From: Microcystis aeruginosa NIES-843
GTDB lineage: Bacteria > Cyanobacteriota > Cyanobacteriia > Cyanobacteriales > Microcystaceae
DNA length: 32,000 bases
Direction of reading: 5' to 3'
Assembly: GCF_000010625.1 (NCBI RefSeq)
Contig: NC_010296.1
Location: 1,560,001 to 1,592,000, forward strand
In this document: positions 1-9,153 of the stretch, one piece after another
How positions within the stretch are numbered: position 1 is the stretch's first letter
How the letters are laid out: each line of letters begins with the position of its first letter
Notes under the pieces: model-generated
Databases searched by the model: none
What the model was told of the DNA's origin: nothing
What the model saw: the letters and a program-made list of their open reading frames with translations, nothing else
Program-made: the position numbers and the translations under genes

Positions 1-579
1 TAATTCGGCGGGGTTAGGATCAGTAATGGTTCTAGAATAGGAACGAATGCGGAGATTACCGAGATAGGGCTGAGGTTGGGGGAGATGACTACTATCAAAA
101 ATCAAGCTAAACTTATCCGTAGCTAGACAGCGAGCCATCAGCAGGATATTTTCCTTGATTAAAGCATTTTCTGCCCCATCAGCAGTAATAAAAACCTCTT
201 TTCCGGCCCCAAGACTGCCATAACCGCTAAAGTGAAAAATTACCACATCCCCCAACCTGGCTTGGGCGATCAGGTGTTCTAAAAAAGCCGCTTCGATCGC
301 TTCTCGACTGGCTTGTTGTCCCGTTAAAGTTACTATATCAGCATCCTGAAAGCCAAAACGATAACGGAGAAGGTCTTTTTGTAACTCCACATCGGTAAGA
401 CAGCCGGGCAGCGGCGGAATATTCGCCCCATACTGGTCAATACCGACTAAAAGAGCCAATTTTCGGGGATTAGGGGTGGCGAGAGCGGCCAAATGACGGT
501 TAAGGGTCCCTTGACTAATCGCCAAAGTCAGCAACCCCCAACCTGTCTGCTGGATCAATTCTCGCCTAGTTATGTTCAT
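1..579 (-). CDS. Caspase-domain (peptidase C14) protein, N-terminal 193 codons only; the gene runs off the left edge. Tat-type signal peptide. Pseudo-orthocaspase type with Tyr/Ser in place of the His/Cys dyad.
   Basis: My own translation from ATG at 579..577: MNITRRELIQQTGWGLLTLA... (twin-Arg signal). It continues ALLVGIDQY...GC..DVE...VVIFHFSGYG...LIFDSSH, which matches the caspase p20 layout. The frame stays open to position 1. Absent from the ORF track because no stop lies within the window. Confidence 0.75.
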   Translation of the reverse strand, partial: MNITRRELIQQTGWGLLTLAISQGTLNRHLAALATPNPRKLALLVGIDQYGANIPPLPGCLTDVELQKDLLRYRFGFQDADIVTLTGQQASREAIEAAFLEHLIAQARLGDVVIFHFSGYGSLGAGKEVFITADGAENALIKENILLMARCLATDKFSLIFDSSHLPQPQPYLGNLRIRSYSRTITDPNPAEL

Positions 580-928
580 CGGAAATTTTGGGTCTGAAAC
601 CCCGCCGTTCTACGGCGGCTTTACGTTAGAATTAAAAGGCCAGTCTCGAAAACCAAGTGGACGGCGCAGCACCTTGAAAACTCGGCTTAGGGGGTTCCGA
701 CCAGAAAAGCTTGGCCGGGTAAAAAGTCGCGCGCAACAAGTACAAGAAGCTATAGGCGGTCAACGTACCGTGGGACACACGGAATCGGGCTTCTGAAATG
801 GGGCGAAAGTCTGTGGACTCTGTGTAAGACAGTACATGGTTTTTTAACTGTGGTATGCGACGGTGGTGGAAGCAGAAACTTAAATCGTGAGGTTTAGGAA
901 TCGCCGCACTTTTAGGGCGGCGAGGATG

Positions 929-2098
929 TCAAGATCCTTGCATGGCGCGGATTAATTCGGCAGCCACTTCTGGACGGGAGAATTCCGGAGGTGGTAATTC
1001 TCCTTTGCGCAGCAGTTCCCGGACTTTCGTTCCCGAAAGGTGGATTCTTTCTTCCGGTAAACTGGGGCTAGTTTTGGTGGTTGCCATTCCCGAAGTGCGG
1101 GTACAGTAGAAAGCGTGTTCAAACTTCATCGGCACGATTCCCAATTCCCCCGGCTCGAACTCATCAAAGATATACTGAGCATCGTAGGTTCCGTAGTAGT
1201 CGCCGACTCCGGCATGGTCACGACCGACGATAAAATGGGTACAACCGTAGTTTTTACGGATAATAGCGTGGAAAATTGCTTCCCGGGGGCCGGCGTAACG
1301 CATAGCTGAGGGGTTGATAGCCAGAATAACGCGATCTTGGGGAAAGTATTTATCCATCATGATCTCATAGCAACGCATCCGCACATCGGCCGGTACATCA
1401 TCGCTTTTGGTAGCGCCGACAAGGGGATGCAAGAATAAACCATCTACCACTTCTAGGGCGCATTTTTGAATGTATTCGTGGGCCCGGTGGATGGGATTAC
1501 GGGTTTGGAAACCGACAATCGTTTTCCAAGCTTTTTCGTGGAACATTTTGCGCGATTGCAGAGGATCGATCTGATATTTGGGAAACTGGGGATGAGGATC
1601 GCGCTGAAGTAACCATATTGGACCTGCGAGGTTAATTTCTCCCTGTTCGTAGAGGACTTTTACCCCGGGATGTTTCTGGTCGTCGGTACGATAGACGTTA
1701 ACTGCTTCGTGGGCTTTATTATAACGGTATTTTTGGGTTAGTTCTAGGACTCCGACAAAGTTGCCTTCGCTGTCATCTAAACGAATCCAGTTGCCTTCTT
1801 TGAGCGGATCCGCCACTTCTTCCCTAACGGAAAGAGTCACGGGAATTGCCCAGGGTAAACCATTGATTAGACGCATATCATCGACGACTTTTTCGTAGTC
1901 GTCCTGTTCCATAAAGCCTTTGAGGGGACTGAAACCACCAATAGCAATCATAACTAAATCCGAGAGCGCTCGTTCATCTAAGGAAACTCGCGGTAGTTTT
2001 TCAGCTAGGGCCAGAAATTCGGCTTTTTCGGCAGCGGTAGCAATACGATTAATTAATTGCCCACCGTGGGGCGCGATTCCTTCGGTCAGTACAGTCAT
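929..2098 (-). CDS. sat: Sulfate adenylyltransferase (ATP sulfurylase)
   Basis: 389-aa ORF with the hallmark ATP-sulfurylase motifs [11 protein letters not shown] and [10 protein letters not shown], plus a PUA-like N-terminal region. Confidence 0.95.
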   Translation of the reverse strand: MTVLTEGIAPHGGQLINRIATAAEKAEFLALAEKLPRVSLDERALSDLVMIAIGGFSPLKGFMEQDDYEKVVDDMRLINGLPWAIPVTLSVREEVADPLKEGNWIRLDDSEGNFVGVLELTQKYRYNKAHEAVNVYRTDDQKHPGVKVLYEQGEINLAGPIWLLQRDPHPQFPKYQIDPLQSRKMFHEKAWKTIVGFQTRNPIHRAHEYIQKCALEVVDGLFLHPLVGATKSDDVPADVRMRCYEIMMDKYFPQDRVILAINPSAMRYAGPREAIFHAIIRKNYGCTHFIVGRDHAGVGDYYGTYDAQYIFDEFEPGELGIVPMKFEHAFYCTRTSGMATTKTSPSLPEERIHLSGTKVRELLRKGELPPPEFSRPEVAAELIRAMQGS

Positions 2099-2229
2099 AA
2101 AAATTTCTTTACATTGTCACGGTTTATCCTATCAGAAGTTGGCTAACCCTTAATCAAGGGGTTGGGACTAGCGATGATTTTCCAGTCGGAACAGTTTACA
2201 ATAAGATTTGTAAAGAATTATAAATAATT

Positions 2230-2934
2230 ATGAGCGAAAAAGTTGTCCTGATTGTCGGTGCTACGGGGGGTATCGGTGCCACTTTAGCCCGTAAACTAGC
2301 TGTTAATGGTCATAAACTCGTATTGGTGGCCAGAAATGCCGATAATTTATCTAATTTAGCCAGTGAGTTGCCTTGTCCCTCTTTAATTGTGCCGACGGAT
2401 ATCACCAATCCGACTCAGGTAGAAACTTTGATGGCAAAAATTGTCTCCCATTACGGCCGGTTGGATGTGTTGGTTAATGCGGCCGGAGCCGGTGTGATGA
2501 AACAATACAATAAAATCACGCCGGAAGATTTAGATAAAATGCTCGACCTCAATCTGAAGGGAAGTTTTTATACCTGTCAGGCTGCCGCTAATGTGATGAA
2601 GGAAAATAAAGCCGGTCATATCTGTAATGTGGTGGGAATTTTAGGTAAGCATTCTATGGCTATGGCTGCCGCTTATTGTGCTTCTAAATACGGGGTGGTC
2701 GGTTTTAGTAAATGTTTGGCCGATGAGTTAAAACGCTATGGTATTAAAATGACTTTATTCTATTTTGGTGGTGTCGATACTCCTTTTTGGGATCAGGTGA
2801 GCTTAAAAGTTGATCGCAATAAAATGTTAACCGCTCAAACCGCCGCCGATGCTATCTATTTTGCCATGAATGCTGAACCCCAAGCCGTCCCCATGGAAAT
2901 TAATATTCAACCCGATAGTCATCTCTTTTTTTAG
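2230..2934 (+). CDS. Short-chain dehydrogenase/reductase (SDR family oxidoreductase)
   Basis: N-terminal Rossmann motif VGATGGIGATLARKL, NAAG, and catalytic YCASK (YxxxK). Confidence 0.9.
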   Translation: MSEKVVLIVGATGGIGATLARKLAVNGHKLVLVARNADNLSNLASELPCPSLIVPTDITNPTQVETLMAKIVSHYGRLDVLVNAAGAGVMKQYNKITPEDLDKMLDLNLKGSFYTCQAAANVMKENKAGHICNVVGILGKHSMAMAAAYCASKYGVVGFSKCLADELKRYGIKMTLFYFGGVDTPFWDQVSLKVDRNKMLTAQTAADAIYFAMNAEPQAVPMEINIQPDSHLFF

Positions 2935-2940
2935 TCATCA

Positions 2941-3050
2941 GGAGTCAGGAGTTGAGAGTTGGGGTTTTAGGGAGTTGGGGTTTTGGGGTATTAGTTGAAA
3001 TTACCCTATCTCCTCACTCCCCCATTTCCCCATTTCCCCACTCCCCACTT
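2941..3050. repeat. Composite intergenic repeat, copy A. Order: GGAGTCAGGAGT, telomere-like G-rich arm, AGTTGAAATT core, then C-rich CCCCATT/CCCCACT heptamers.
   Basis: Same architecture and near-identical core (ggggtattagttgaaatt) as the copies at 6901-7147 and 17898-17984. The G-tracts at 2961-2988 fit G3+N1-7 repeated four times. Confidence 0.8.
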
Positions 3051-3082
3051 ACTAACACTCAACCACTTTTTTGACTTTATCT

Positions 3083-4168
3083 ATGTTTGTTGATCATATT
3101 CATTTTTATGTAGAATCGGCCAAAAAATGGCGAGATTGGTTTGTGCGGGTGATGGATTTTCAGGCGATCGCAAGTTTAGTTAATCTCCACACGCACACGG
3201 AAATAGTTGGCAATGGCATCCAAAAAGATAAAACTAAACAGATTATTTTTATCTTATCTTCTCCCTTAAATTCCCTTAGTCCCGTGGCGGAATTTTTAAG
3301 TAAATATCCTGAAGGGGTGGCGGATGTAGCTTTTCAAGTAGAGGATTTAGACAGTTTAGCTAGGAGAATTAAACAGGACATTTTTATTGAGGAAACTGTT
3401 TTGGCTAGGGGTAAGATAAAAAGCTGTCAAATCTCTAGCATTGCTGATCTCAAACATACGTTAATTGAAAGGCAGGGAATCACGCCAATTTTAGCCGATC
3501 CTAATCTGATTCAATACGATAGTCAGCAACAATATAATCAGGATATTCTGGCAATTGATCACTTAGTTTTAAATGTTTTTCAAGGGAATTTAGAGTTAAC
3601 AGCCAATTGGTATGAGGAAAATTTAGGCTTTAAAAAAAGGCAAACTTTTACTATTAAAACGGAGCGTTCTGGTCTTTATTCTCAGGTACTTGTTTACCCG
3701 AAAACTGAATTAAAATTACCGATTAATGAGCCAGATAGTAACAGTTCTCAAATACAAGAATTTTTAGATATTAATCAAAAATCTGGCATTCAACACATTG
3801 CTTTAAAAACAGAAAATATTGTAAACTTAACTCAAAAGTTAAGAGAAAAAAATGTAGAATTTTTATCAGTTCCCGACAGTTATTATCGACAAATTAACTA
3901 TCAAAAGAAAGCCTTTAATATTGCTGATTGGGAATGGTCAGAAATTAAAAAGCAGGAGATTCTCATCGATTTTGAACAAAATAGTTATTCTCTCCCGGAA
4001 AAGCCGACTTTACTGCAAATTTTCACTAAACCAATTTTTTCCCAGCCGACTTTCTTTTTTGAATTAATCGAGCGACGTCATGCCGCTAGAGGTTTTGGAG
4101 AAGGCAACTTCCGGGCCTTATTTGAAGCGATCGAACGGGAACAAATACAGAGAGGAACTTTGGATTAG
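3083..4168 (+). CDS. hppD: 4-hydroxyphenylpyruvate dioxygenase
   Basis: Two VOC/glyoxalase-like halves and the typical C-terminus FFELIERR...GFGEGNFRALFEAIEREQ. ATG at 3083 (MFVDHIHFYV) is preferred over the track's TTG at 3071. Confidence 0.9.
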   Translation: MFVDHIHFYVESAKKWRDWFVRVMDFQAIASLVNLHTHTEIVGNGIQKDKTKQIIFILSSPLNSLSPVAEFLSKYPEGVADVAFQVEDLDSLARRIKQDIFIEETVLARGKIKSCQISSIADLKHTLIERQGITPILADPNLIQYDSQQQYNQDILAIDHLVLNVFQGNLELTANWYEENLGFKKRQTFTIKTERSGLYSQVLVYPKTELKLPINEPDSNSSQIQEFLDINQKSGIQHIALKTENIVNLTQKLREKNVEFLSVPDSYYRQINYQKKAFNIADWEWSEIKKQEILIDFEQNSYSLPEKPTLLQIFTKPIFSQPTFFFELIERRHAARGFGEGNFRALFEAIEREQIQRGTLD

Positions 4169-4199
4169 AGTCAGAAAAGCGATAATTTTTCCCATGAGA

Positions 4200-4736
4200 C
4201 TATGAACGATAACGTAATTCGATCACATCTTTTTTGATCGTGACATCATAGGAACCAAAAAAAGTTTGTCCCAAGAGTCCTAACCCTTCCATTTGGGGAG
4301 AAATACCAACAATCTGATTAGATAAAGCCACCTCGCCAACTTTAACAGAATTAATGCGACCAAGATACACAGTAACGACACCGCCGGCGGTATGAGCGAG
4401 TACTTCCTTTTCCCGTTTGACTTTCATCGCTTTCGCCATGGCATCGGTGAGGACGATACCACTAGCTCCCGTATCAAAAAGCATTTCATAATAGTGACGG
4501 TGATTAAAAACCACCATCACCGTGGGAATGCCGTTAACCCGGCGTTGAATCGGTAACTGATAAACTTGCGGGGAATTTTTCCTATTTCTGGATGAACCGC
4601 CACAGAGACGGCTAAGATCTATGTGTTGTCCATCTGCTCTTTGGAGAAAGCATTCCGATTGAGCGAGAGTCGTAGGGGTGAAGGGAAATAACAGCAGGGT
4701 GCTGGCCAATGCGATCGCAGAAATAGACTTATTCAT
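4200..4736 (-). CDS. Secreted retropepsin-like (clan AA) aspartic protease
   Basis: Active-site motif FDTGASGIVLT. A signal-peptide-like N-terminus (MNKSISAIALASTLLLFPFTPTTLAQS) appears when translation starts at ATG 4736. The longer track ORF (to 4835) would overlap the HIT gene. Confidence 0.7.
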   Translation of the reverse strand: MNKSISAIALASTLLLFPFTPTTLAQSECFLQRADGQHIDLSRLCGGSSRNRKNSPQVYQLPIQRRVNGIPTVMVVFNHRHYYEMLFDTGASGIVLTDAMAKAMKVKREKEVLAHTAGGVVTVYLGRINSVKVGEVALSNQIVGISPQMEGLGLLGQTFFGSYDVTIKKDVIELRYRS

Positions 4737-4819
4737 GGGTTTAACATCGAGAAGACTGACTCGGAAAAGAACGCTTCTAGCCCTATAATTCCCCAAAAAA
4801 GCGGGAAAATAAGGGGTAT

Positions 4820-5167
4820 TTAACCCGGAGGCCAAGCCATTAGGCGATCGCCTAAGAGATGGACATGAAGATGATCGACGGTTTGACCCCCATGTTCCCC
4901 ATTATTGATCACCACGCGATAACCTTGACTTAATTTAGCTTCGGCGGCCACCTTTTTAACAGTTAGTAACAAATGCCCCAATAAATCGCGATCGCTGTCG
5001 CTGGCTTCCTCTAGTTTCGGAATCGGTTTTTTGGGGATAATGAGGATATGGGTGGGTGCTTGGGGATTAACATCTCGAAAAGCGAGAACCAGATCATCTT
5101 CATAAACGATCGAGGCAGGAATTTCTTTACGGATAATTTTGCTAAAAATAGTCTCGCTCATAGACAA
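4820..5167 (-). CDS. HIT-family (histidine triad) nucleotide hydrolase/transferase
   Basis: 115 aa with the histidine-triad motif HLHVHLLG near the C-terminus and the typical N-terminus IFSKIIRKEIPA. Confidence 0.9.
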   Translation of the reverse strand: MSMSETIFSKIIRKEIPASIVYEDDLVLAFRDVNPQAPTHILIIPKKPIPKLEEASDSDRDLLGHLLLTVKKVAAEAKLSQGYRVVINNGEHGGQTVDHLHVHLLGDRLMAWPPG

Positions 5168-5341
5168 ATTGCTTTTTTTTTAACTATACCATTAAGCTCT
5201 CAGCTTTTCTGGCTAGGTTATCCCTAGAAATACGCTGATTTTCTGGGTAAATTCCCAGATAAAATCATTTTTATGCGGAAAACTAGCCGAACATCCTGTT
5301 TAATTTTCCTAAGAACTCACTTTATTTTTAGTTGAGCCAAA

Positions 5342-6868
5342 ATGTTAGCAAGGGTTTGGAGTGCGGCAATTATCGGCATCGATGCCATTAAAATCGGGGT
5401 AGAGGTGGATGTATCGGGGGGATTACCCGGAATTGCCGTGGTGGGTTTACCCGATACCGCCGTGCAGGAGTCGAAAGAAAGGGTAAAAGCTTCCCTAAAA
5501 AATGCCGGATTTGCCTTTCCCATCCGCAAAATTGTCATCAATTTAAGTCCCGCCGATATCCGCAAAGAGGGGCCGATTTATGATTTACCGATTAGTATCG
5601 GCATTTTAGGGGCTTCCGAACAGGTAGAAGCCGATTTATTGGGGGATTTTCTCTTTTTAGGCGAATTATCCCTCGATGGTAGTTTGCGTCCCGTGGCGGG
5701 GGTTTTACCCATTGCTGCCGCTGCCGAAAAAATGGGGATTAAGGGTTTAGTGGTTCCTGCCGATAATGCCAAAGAAGCGGCCGTGGTTAAAGGCGTACAA
5801 GTGTATGGGTTTCGTCATCTATCGGAAGTGGTAAATTTCTTAAATGAACCCGATCGCCATTCACCGATGACTTTTAACGCTGCCGAGGAGTTCGGGCGAT
5901 CGCAGGTAAATCTCCCCGATCTCAAGGATGTCAAAGGCCAAGCCATTGGCCGTCGGGCCCTGGAAATTGCAGCGGCTGGAGGTCATAACCTAATTTTTGT
6001 CGGGCCACCGGGCAGCGGTAAAACCATGTTAGCGCGACGTTTACCCGGAATTCTGCCCCAGCTTACCTTTGCCGAATCCCTAGAAGTCTCCCAGATTCAT
6101 TCCGTCGCCGGATTACTGAAAGATCGAGGTTCCCTGGTGCGCGAGCGTCCTTTTCGCAGTCCCCATCACTCCGCTTCCGGAGCGGCACTGGTGGGAGGTG
6201 GCACTTATCCCCGACCGGGAGAAATCTCCCTTTCCCACCGTGGTATTTTATTTTTGGACGAATTAACGGAATTTAAGCGCAGTGTCTTGGAATATCTCCG
6301 GCAACCCCTAGAGGATGGTTATGTGAGCATTTCTCGCACTCGTCTTTCCGTCGCTTTTCCGGCGCGTTTTACCTTGGTGGCCAGTACCAATCCCTGTCCC
6401 TGTGGTTATTACGGCGATTCGGTGCAACCCTGCAGCTGTTCACCGCGACAACGGGAACAATATTGGGCGAAATTATCGGGGCCGCTTTTAGACCGTATTG
6501 ACCTACAAGTGACGGTAAATCGCCTAAAACCAGAAGAAATGACCCAAGAGAGTCGGGGAGAAGCTTCTGAGCAAGTGCGGCAACGGGTAGAAAGGGCCCG
6601 GCAAAAGGCCAGCGATCGCTTTCAGAATACGGGGATTCGCTCTAATGCGGAGATGAATTCCGAGCATTTGCGGGGTTTTTGCGCTCTTGATCATAGCAGT
6701 CGCCATATTTTAGAAGGGGCAATCCGAAAATTGGGTTTATCGGCCCGAGCAATGGATCGCATTCTCAAAGTTGCCCGCACCATTGCCGATTTAGGAGATA
6801 GTGAAATGCTGAAAAGTTCCCACGTTGCCGAAGCAATTCAGTATCGCACTCTCGATCGTTTAAGTTAG
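5342..6868 (+). CDS. comM: YifB/ComM-family Mg-chelatase-like ATPase
   Basis: Lon-like N-terminal domain, Walker A GPPGSGKT, Walker B ILFLDELTEF, a Cys cluster CPCGYYGD..CSC, and the ChlI-like C-terminal domain. Confidence 0.92.
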   Translation: MLARVWSAAIIGIDAIKIGVEVDVSGGLPGIAVVGLPDTAVQESKERVKASLKNAGFAFPIRKIVINLSPADIRKEGPIYDLPISIGILGASEQVEADLLGDFLFLGELSLDGSLRPVAGVLPIAAAAEKMGIKGLVVPADNAKEAAVVKGVQVYGFRHLSEVVNFLNEPDRHSPMTFNAAEEFGRSQVNLPDLKDVKGQAIGRRALEIAAAGGHNLIFVGPPGSGKTMLARRLPGILPQLTFAESLEVSQIHSVAGLLKDRGSLVRERPFRSPHHSASGAALVGGGTYPRPGEISLSHRGILFLDELTEFKRSVLEYLRQPLEDGYVSISRTRLSVAFPARFTLVASTNPCPCGYYGDSVQPCSCSPRQREQYWAKLSGPLLDRIDLQVTVNRLKPEEMTQESRGEASEQVRQRVERARQKASDRFQNTGIRSNAEMNSEHLRGFCALDHSSRHILEGAIRKLGLSARAMDRILKVARTIADLGDSEMLKSSHVAEAIQYRTLDRLS

Positions 6869-6900
6869 GGTTTGCGGCAAAAAGTTTGTTGCTGGGGTTA

Positions 6901-7147
6901 GGAGTCGGTCGTCAGGATTCAGGATTCAGGAGTCTGGAGATAGGGTTTTAGGGTTTTAGGGTTTTAGGGTGTTGGGGTTTTAGTTGAAATTCCCCCAATA
7001 CCCCACTACTCCACTTCCCCATTTCCCAATTCATAATTCCCCCATTTCCCCACTTCCCCATTTCCCCACTTCCCCATCTCCCTACACCCCACACCCCACA
7101 CCCTACACCCTACACCCCACACCCTACACCCTCTTTCAAGTCAGGAG
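6901..7147. repeat. Composite intergenic repeat, copy B (the largest). Order: CAGGATT/CAGGAGT units, (GGGTTTTA)n G-rich arm, AGTTGAAATT core, long C-rich heptamer arrays (CCCCACT, CCCCATT, CCCCACA/CCCTACA), then CAGGAGT units.
   Basis: Read directly from the sequence. Five G-tracts at 6943-6977; C-rich arrays at 6991-7132. Lies between the convergent genes comM and 7148..8452. Confidence 0.85.
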
Positions 7148-8452
7148 TCAGGAATCGGGGGATTCTAAGCGTTTTTGCCATTCTCGATCGATTTTATCCG
7201 AGCGCTCGCTCTCTTGTTCGAGATAGTCTTGATCCGTAGAATAACTAATATCAGCATCCCTAATCACTTTTTGGTCGGCAAATTGACGAGAGTAGGCCAG
7301 TTTTTGCTCTAATTCAGGATTATTTTGGGCTAATAAATCTGCTCTTTTTTCTCGCTGTTGATTGCGTTGATTAACCCGCTTATTTCTCCACTGTAAAAAG
7401 AAATAACGACCGAGGGGAATCCCCAAAAAAGCAGCGGCATAACTGAGGAGAAAACCGTAGATACCTGTGACTATCGACCCCAGAGAACCGCTCAAATCAA
7501 CACTATCACTGTTGAGCAAAAATCCTAAAACTAAAGCGAGGATAAAGTTAACCACCCCTAAACCTAAAGCTAAGATAATTTGACCGCTATCCGCTTCGCT
7601 AAACTTCCAGCTTTTTTCCCTTAGATAGGGCGAAACTGTTTGTAATTTTCTCTCTTTGGTTGTCACCTGTAGATCGGGAAAATAATAGATAATATCGCCT
7701 CGATCGGACACTTGCGGCAATCCATTAAAGCGAGTTAAAACTGGGAGTATATAGTCTTCTGTTTCCTCCTGACTGGGGGTAATACTATCGAGATAGGGGA
7801 CAATTTGTGGAGCGATAATCGAGCCACGATTATTTTGAATTACTTTACCGATAGTTTGCCAGCGTCTCTCCTCTAAATTAAAATTAGGATCGCCATCGCC
7901 AAAAATAAAAGAAAAAACTGCCTCGAGAAAATTCATCTTACTAGGGGGTTTTTCTGCCTTAACTTCCCGATCTCTTCTTTCGTAGTAGTTATTACTAAAA
8001 TCGGGATAAAAAATCCAGAAAAAGTCCGTGGGAAAGAAGTTAATATTAATTTTGCTATCTCCAGAATTGTTATCCGAGTCACCATCTTTGAACATTAAGC
8101 CGATCAGGATCGCCAGAATAGCGAGCAACAGGATTAAAATCGAAATAATTAAAACAATGCCAAAGGAAATGCGAATAACATAAAAAACTACTTGCCAGAT
8201 TTTACTCCCGAAAGCTTTTAACTGCAATTGCCAATATTTATTCAGAAGAATTGAGCGAAAATTTTCAGGGAAAAGATAGATAATCTCCCCCGTATCTGCT
8301 ACCTGTAAATGTCCCCCCGCTTCCGCCGCTAAAGCTAATAATCCCTGTTGTGCAGCATTAATCTCTAAACCCGATTTTGCCGCCACATCACCCACCGTAA
8401 CCCGATAGCCTAATTTTTCGATCGATTGTAATAGAGACTCTTGGGGATTCAT
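7148..8452 (-). CDS. Hypothetical membrane protein with two related soluble modules and two hydrophobic segments
   Basis: 434-aa ORF. An internally repeated motif (...GEIIYLFPENF / ...GDIIYYFPDLQ) is each followed by a long hydrophobic stretch. I recognised no family. Confidence 0.7.
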   Translation of the reverse strand: MNPQESLLQSIEKLGYRVTVGDVAAKSGLEINAAQQGLLALAAEAGGHLQVADTGEIIYLFPENFRSILLNKYWQLQLKAFGSKIWQVVFYVIRISFGIVLIISILILLLAILAILIGLMFKDGDSDNNSGDSKININFFPTDFFWIFYPDFSNNYYERRDREVKAEKPPSKMNFLEAVFSFIFGDGDPNFNLEERRWQTIGKVIQNNRGSIIAPQIVPYLDSITPSQEETEDYILPVLTRFNGLPQVSDRGDIIYYFPDLQVTTKERKLQTVSPYLREKSWKFSEADSGQIILALGLGVVNFILALVLGFLLNSDSVDLSGSLGSIVTGIYGFLLSYAAAFLGIPLGRYFFLQWRNKRVNQRNQQREKRADLLAQNNPELEQKLAYSRQFADQKVIRDADISYSTDQDYLEQESERSDKIDREWQKRLESPDS

Positions 8453-8571
8453 AGAAAATACTGTTCCTGTCGATTATCCTATTTTCTAGTGTAGTTTTGA
8501 TTTTGTCTTTTTGGCAGCGGCTATCTTGATTGACAGGTGCGGCATTTTGGACTCGATCGAGAAAATATCGT

Positions 8572-8577
8572 TATAAT
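8572..8577 (+). promoter_or_regulatory. Candidate -10 box (TATAAT) for the 8645 gene
   Basis: Perfect TATAAT 68 nt upstream of the start. The possible -35 TTGGAC (8547-8552) has a non-ideal 19-nt spacer. A perfect TTGACA at 8530-8535 has no matching -10. Confidence 0.3.
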
Positions 8578-8644
8578 TGTTCCAATAGTCGCAAAAAGCA
8601 GGGCTAAACTGTATAAATAGTTACTTTATAAGCAATTATCAGAG

Positions 8645-9079
8645 GTGAGCATGAATGCGTCGGAACAGGCAAAAGGATTAGAATTAACGGCGAAGATCGC
8701 CACACTCGTCAACCTGTTTAAACAACAATTCCCCGATGCAAAGGCAGATCTGAAACCCTGGCGCAATGATCCCCACACAAGGGAGTTAACGGATCCCGAC
8801 TCGATCGATATCGCTTTCCATTTTCCCGGTTGGAGTCCCAGAATTCAAGGGCGCAGTATTCTGGTACAAATTCGTTTTCATCTCGATAGCGAGGATCAGC
8901 ATCAGCGTTTGATTGGCTTAGAAATGCAGGCTTTTAACCATCAAGGAACCGCTTGGCGACTATCTACGGTGGAAAATTGGCAATTAGTCGGCAATTATCA
9001 ACCCTCTCCTAAGGTGGCTGATAAGTTAAAATATTTCAGCCGTCAGGTGTTTGAAGTTTTTAAAAATGAGCATCGATAA
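8645..9079 (+). CDS. Hypothetical protein (144 aa)
   Basis: Clean ORF with host-like composition. GTG start at 8645, or ATG at 8651. No recognisable motif. Confidence 0.6.
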   Translation: MSMNASEQAKGLELTAKIATLVNLFKQQFPDAKADLKPWRNDPHTRELTDPDSIDIAFHFPGWSPRIQGRSILVQIRFHLDSEDQHQRLIGLEMQAFNHQGTAWRLSTVENWQLVGNYQPSPKVADKLKYFSRQVFEVFKNEHR

Positions 9080-9153
9080 GGCTCTTTCGGCACTCTCGGC
9101 AAAAGATCGTTATTCGATCGAGATTAAATCGGTCATAATGTCAAGCTATAGGA

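Noticed and set aside
572-796. 74-aa plus-strand ORF in the sat/orthocaspase spacer
   Set aside because: The sequence is low-complexity, Arg/Gly-rich and not protein-like, has no SD, and overlaps the start of the minus-strand caspase gene. It is more likely non-coding GC-rich DNA.
580-928. Possible tmRNA, RNase P RNA, SRP RNA or a known riboswitch
   Set aside because: I compared it from memory with conserved cores: the tmRNA ends GGGGCUG...CCACCA, RNase P GAGGAAAGUCCGGGC, SRP GGAAGCAGCC, and the B12 box. Only short partial resemblances appeared (gaaagtc, ggaagcaga), so no assignment is justified.
1115-2153. Two plus-strand ORFs (1115..1309, 1920..2153) antisense to sat
   Set aside because: They lie mostly or entirely within the well-supported sat CDS on the other strand, and their translations are not protein-like.
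5317-6706. Minus-strand ORFs 5317..5565, 5578..5772 and 6524..6706
   Set aside because: They are antisense shadows of the comM/yifB CDS.
6943-6977. Telomere-like TTTTAGGG/TTTTGGGG repeats as evidence of eukaryotic or linear-replicon ends
   Set aside because: The repeats are short, internal, and embedded between ordinary bacterial genes. The resemblance to eukaryotic telomere units is treated as coincidental, apart from the G4 potential.
6984-7226. 80-aa ORF (PLPHFP... and TPYTLHP... repeats)
   Set aside because: It is simply the translation of the C-rich heptamer arrays and has no coding signal.
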